The position numbers were made by a program, and so were the translations under genes. Positions 62,647 to 64,000 of a DNA stretch of 64,000 bases are shown here, one piece after another. Within the stretch, counting starts at the first letter, position 1. Each line of letters begins with the position of its first letter. This DNA is from an uncultured Gammaproteobacteria bacterium (GTDB taxonomy: Bacteria; Pseudomonadota; Gammaproteobacteria; UBA9214). The notes under the pieces are model-generated. The model did no database searches and had not been told where the DNA came from. It worked only from the letters and a program-made list of their open reading frames with translations. The stretch lies in the NCBI GenBank assembly GCA_963748215.1, contig CAVVHS010000007.1, positions 433,693-497,692 on the forward strand, in the 5' to 3' direction.

Positions 62647-63674
62647 CGGCTGCGCAATTCCATGGTGCGCTGGTTGGAGCGCCGCTACGGCCTGCAGCTG
62701 GACGCGGCCACCAGGTTCTGCCCATCAACGGCTCGCGCGAAGCCCTGTTTGCCTTTGCCCAGACCGTGGTGAACCCCGAAAAGGCCGACGCCCGGGGTCC
62801 GGTGCAGGTGGTGTGCCCGAATCCGTTCTACCAAATCTACGAAGGTGCGGCCCTGCTCTGCGGTGCCCAGCCCTACTTTGTGCCGTCGGTACCCGAGCGC
62901 AACTTTGCGCAGGACTGGGACAGCGTGCCAGCCGACGTCTGGGCACGCACGCAGCTGCTGTACGTGTGCTCGCCCGGCAACCCGGCCGGTGCGGTGATGC
63001 CGCTGTCCGAATGGGCCAAGCTGTTTGCGCTGAGCGACCAGTACGGCTTTGTGATCGCGTCCGACGAGTGCTACAGCGAGATTTACTTCCGCGACGAGCC
63101 GCCGCTGGGCGGCCTGGAAGCGGCCGCCAAGCTGGGCCGCAGCGACTTCAAAAACCTGGTGTCCTTCACCAGCCTGTCCAAGCGCAGCAATGTGCCGGGC
63201 ATGCGCAGCGGCTTTTGCGCAGGCGATGCCAAGCTCATCAAGCAATTTTTGCTCTACCGCACCTACCACGGCAGCGCCATGAGCATGGTGGTGCAAACGG
63301 CCAGCGTCGCCGCCTGGGACGACGAGGCCCATGTGGTGGACAACCGCGCGCAGTACCGCGCCAAGTTCGCCCAGGTCACCCCCATGCTGGCCGAAGTGAT
63401 GGACGTGGCCCTGCCCGATGCCGGCTTTTACTTGTGGGCCAAGGTCGAGGGCAGTGACACCGATTTCGCACGCGACCTGCTCGCTCAATACAATGTGACG
63501 GTTCTGCCGGGCAGCTACCTGGCCCGCGAGGCCCATGGCAGCAACCCGGGCGCGGAGCGAATCCGCATGGCGCTGGTGGCCGAAACCGCCGAATGTGTGG
63601 AAGCCGCCCAGCGCATCGTCCAGTTCGTGCAATCCCGAGCTCCTGAGTCTCCGAATTCAAATCCCGTCTTTTGA
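62647..63674 (+). pseudogene. dapC: Succinyldiaminopimelate transaminase, 5'-truncated, with a 1-bp frameshift at ~62712
   Basis: RLRNSMVRWLERRYGLQLDAAT/[Q]VLPINGSREALF, PNPFYQIYEGAA, CSPGNP, ASDECYSEIY, SLSKRSNVPGMRSG. The N-terminal part is absent. Confidence 0.88.
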
Positions 63675-63698
63675 TCCTCACTCCTCTACTACCACACC

Positions 63699-64000
63699 AT
63701 GAGCCAAACTCTGCAAACTGTTATCGAAGCCGCGTGGGAAGACCGCGCCAACATCTCCGTGGCCTCTGCCTCCGCCGAAGTGCGCGATGCGGTTGAGCAT
63801 GTGCTCAACGAGCTGGATGCCGGCCGCCTGCGCGTCGCCACCCGCGAAGCCGTGGGCCAGTGGACCACCCACCAGTGGATCAAGAAGGCCGTGCTGCTGT
63901 GCTTCCGTTTGAAAGACAACGACATCGTGCAGTCGGGCGACCTGGGCTTTTACGACAAGGTGGCCACCAAGTTTTCTGGCCTGTCTGAGGCAGAAATGAA
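63699..64000 (+). CDS. dapD: Tetrahydrodipicolinate N-succinyltransferase, partial (runs off the edge)
   Basis: Hand translation MSQTLQTVIEAAWEDRA...LDAGRLRVA...WTTHQWIKKAVLLCFRL...FYDKVATKF. Follows dapC. Confidence 0.93.
   Translation, partial: MSQTLQTVIEAAWEDRANISVASASAEVRDAVEHVLNELDAGRLRVATREAVGQWTTHQWIKKAVLLCFRLKDNDIVQSGDLGFYDKVATKFSGLSEAEM

Overview
High-GC window that looks gammaproteobacterial, with four blocks. (1) 1-22.3 kb is an expanded amidoligase/transglutaminase cluster: three circularly permuted ATP-grasp genes, two alpha-E domains, three transglutaminases, two DUF2126 proteins and a zinc peptidase, ending in gltB. (2) 22.6-34.3 kb holds fbaB, gltD, pckA and a group 3d NAD-linked [NiFe] hydrogenase (hoxFUYHW). 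(3) 34.6-53.2 kb is a glycogen cluster. It includes an alpha-glucan phosphorylase fused to a PtsP(EI-Ntr)-like GAF domain, directly downstream of a divergent HPPD-fold protein. (4) 53-62.6 kb is accessory DNA: a PLD lipoprotein, a beta-barrel, two paralogous Gly-rich exported proteins, cytochrome b, IS4 and IS110 remnants, and REP-type repeats. At about 62,640 the sequence switches abruptly to a truncated Burkholderiales-like dapC-dapD, which may be a chimeric join. Five correctly spaced sigma54 (-24/-12) promoters, four with NtrC-like boxes upstream, suggest one nitrogen regulon covering peptide ligation, glutamate synthesis, PEP carboxykinase and glycogen breakdown. I saw no tRNA, rRNA or CRISPR array. 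All family calls come from reading motifs by eye; no database searches were run.
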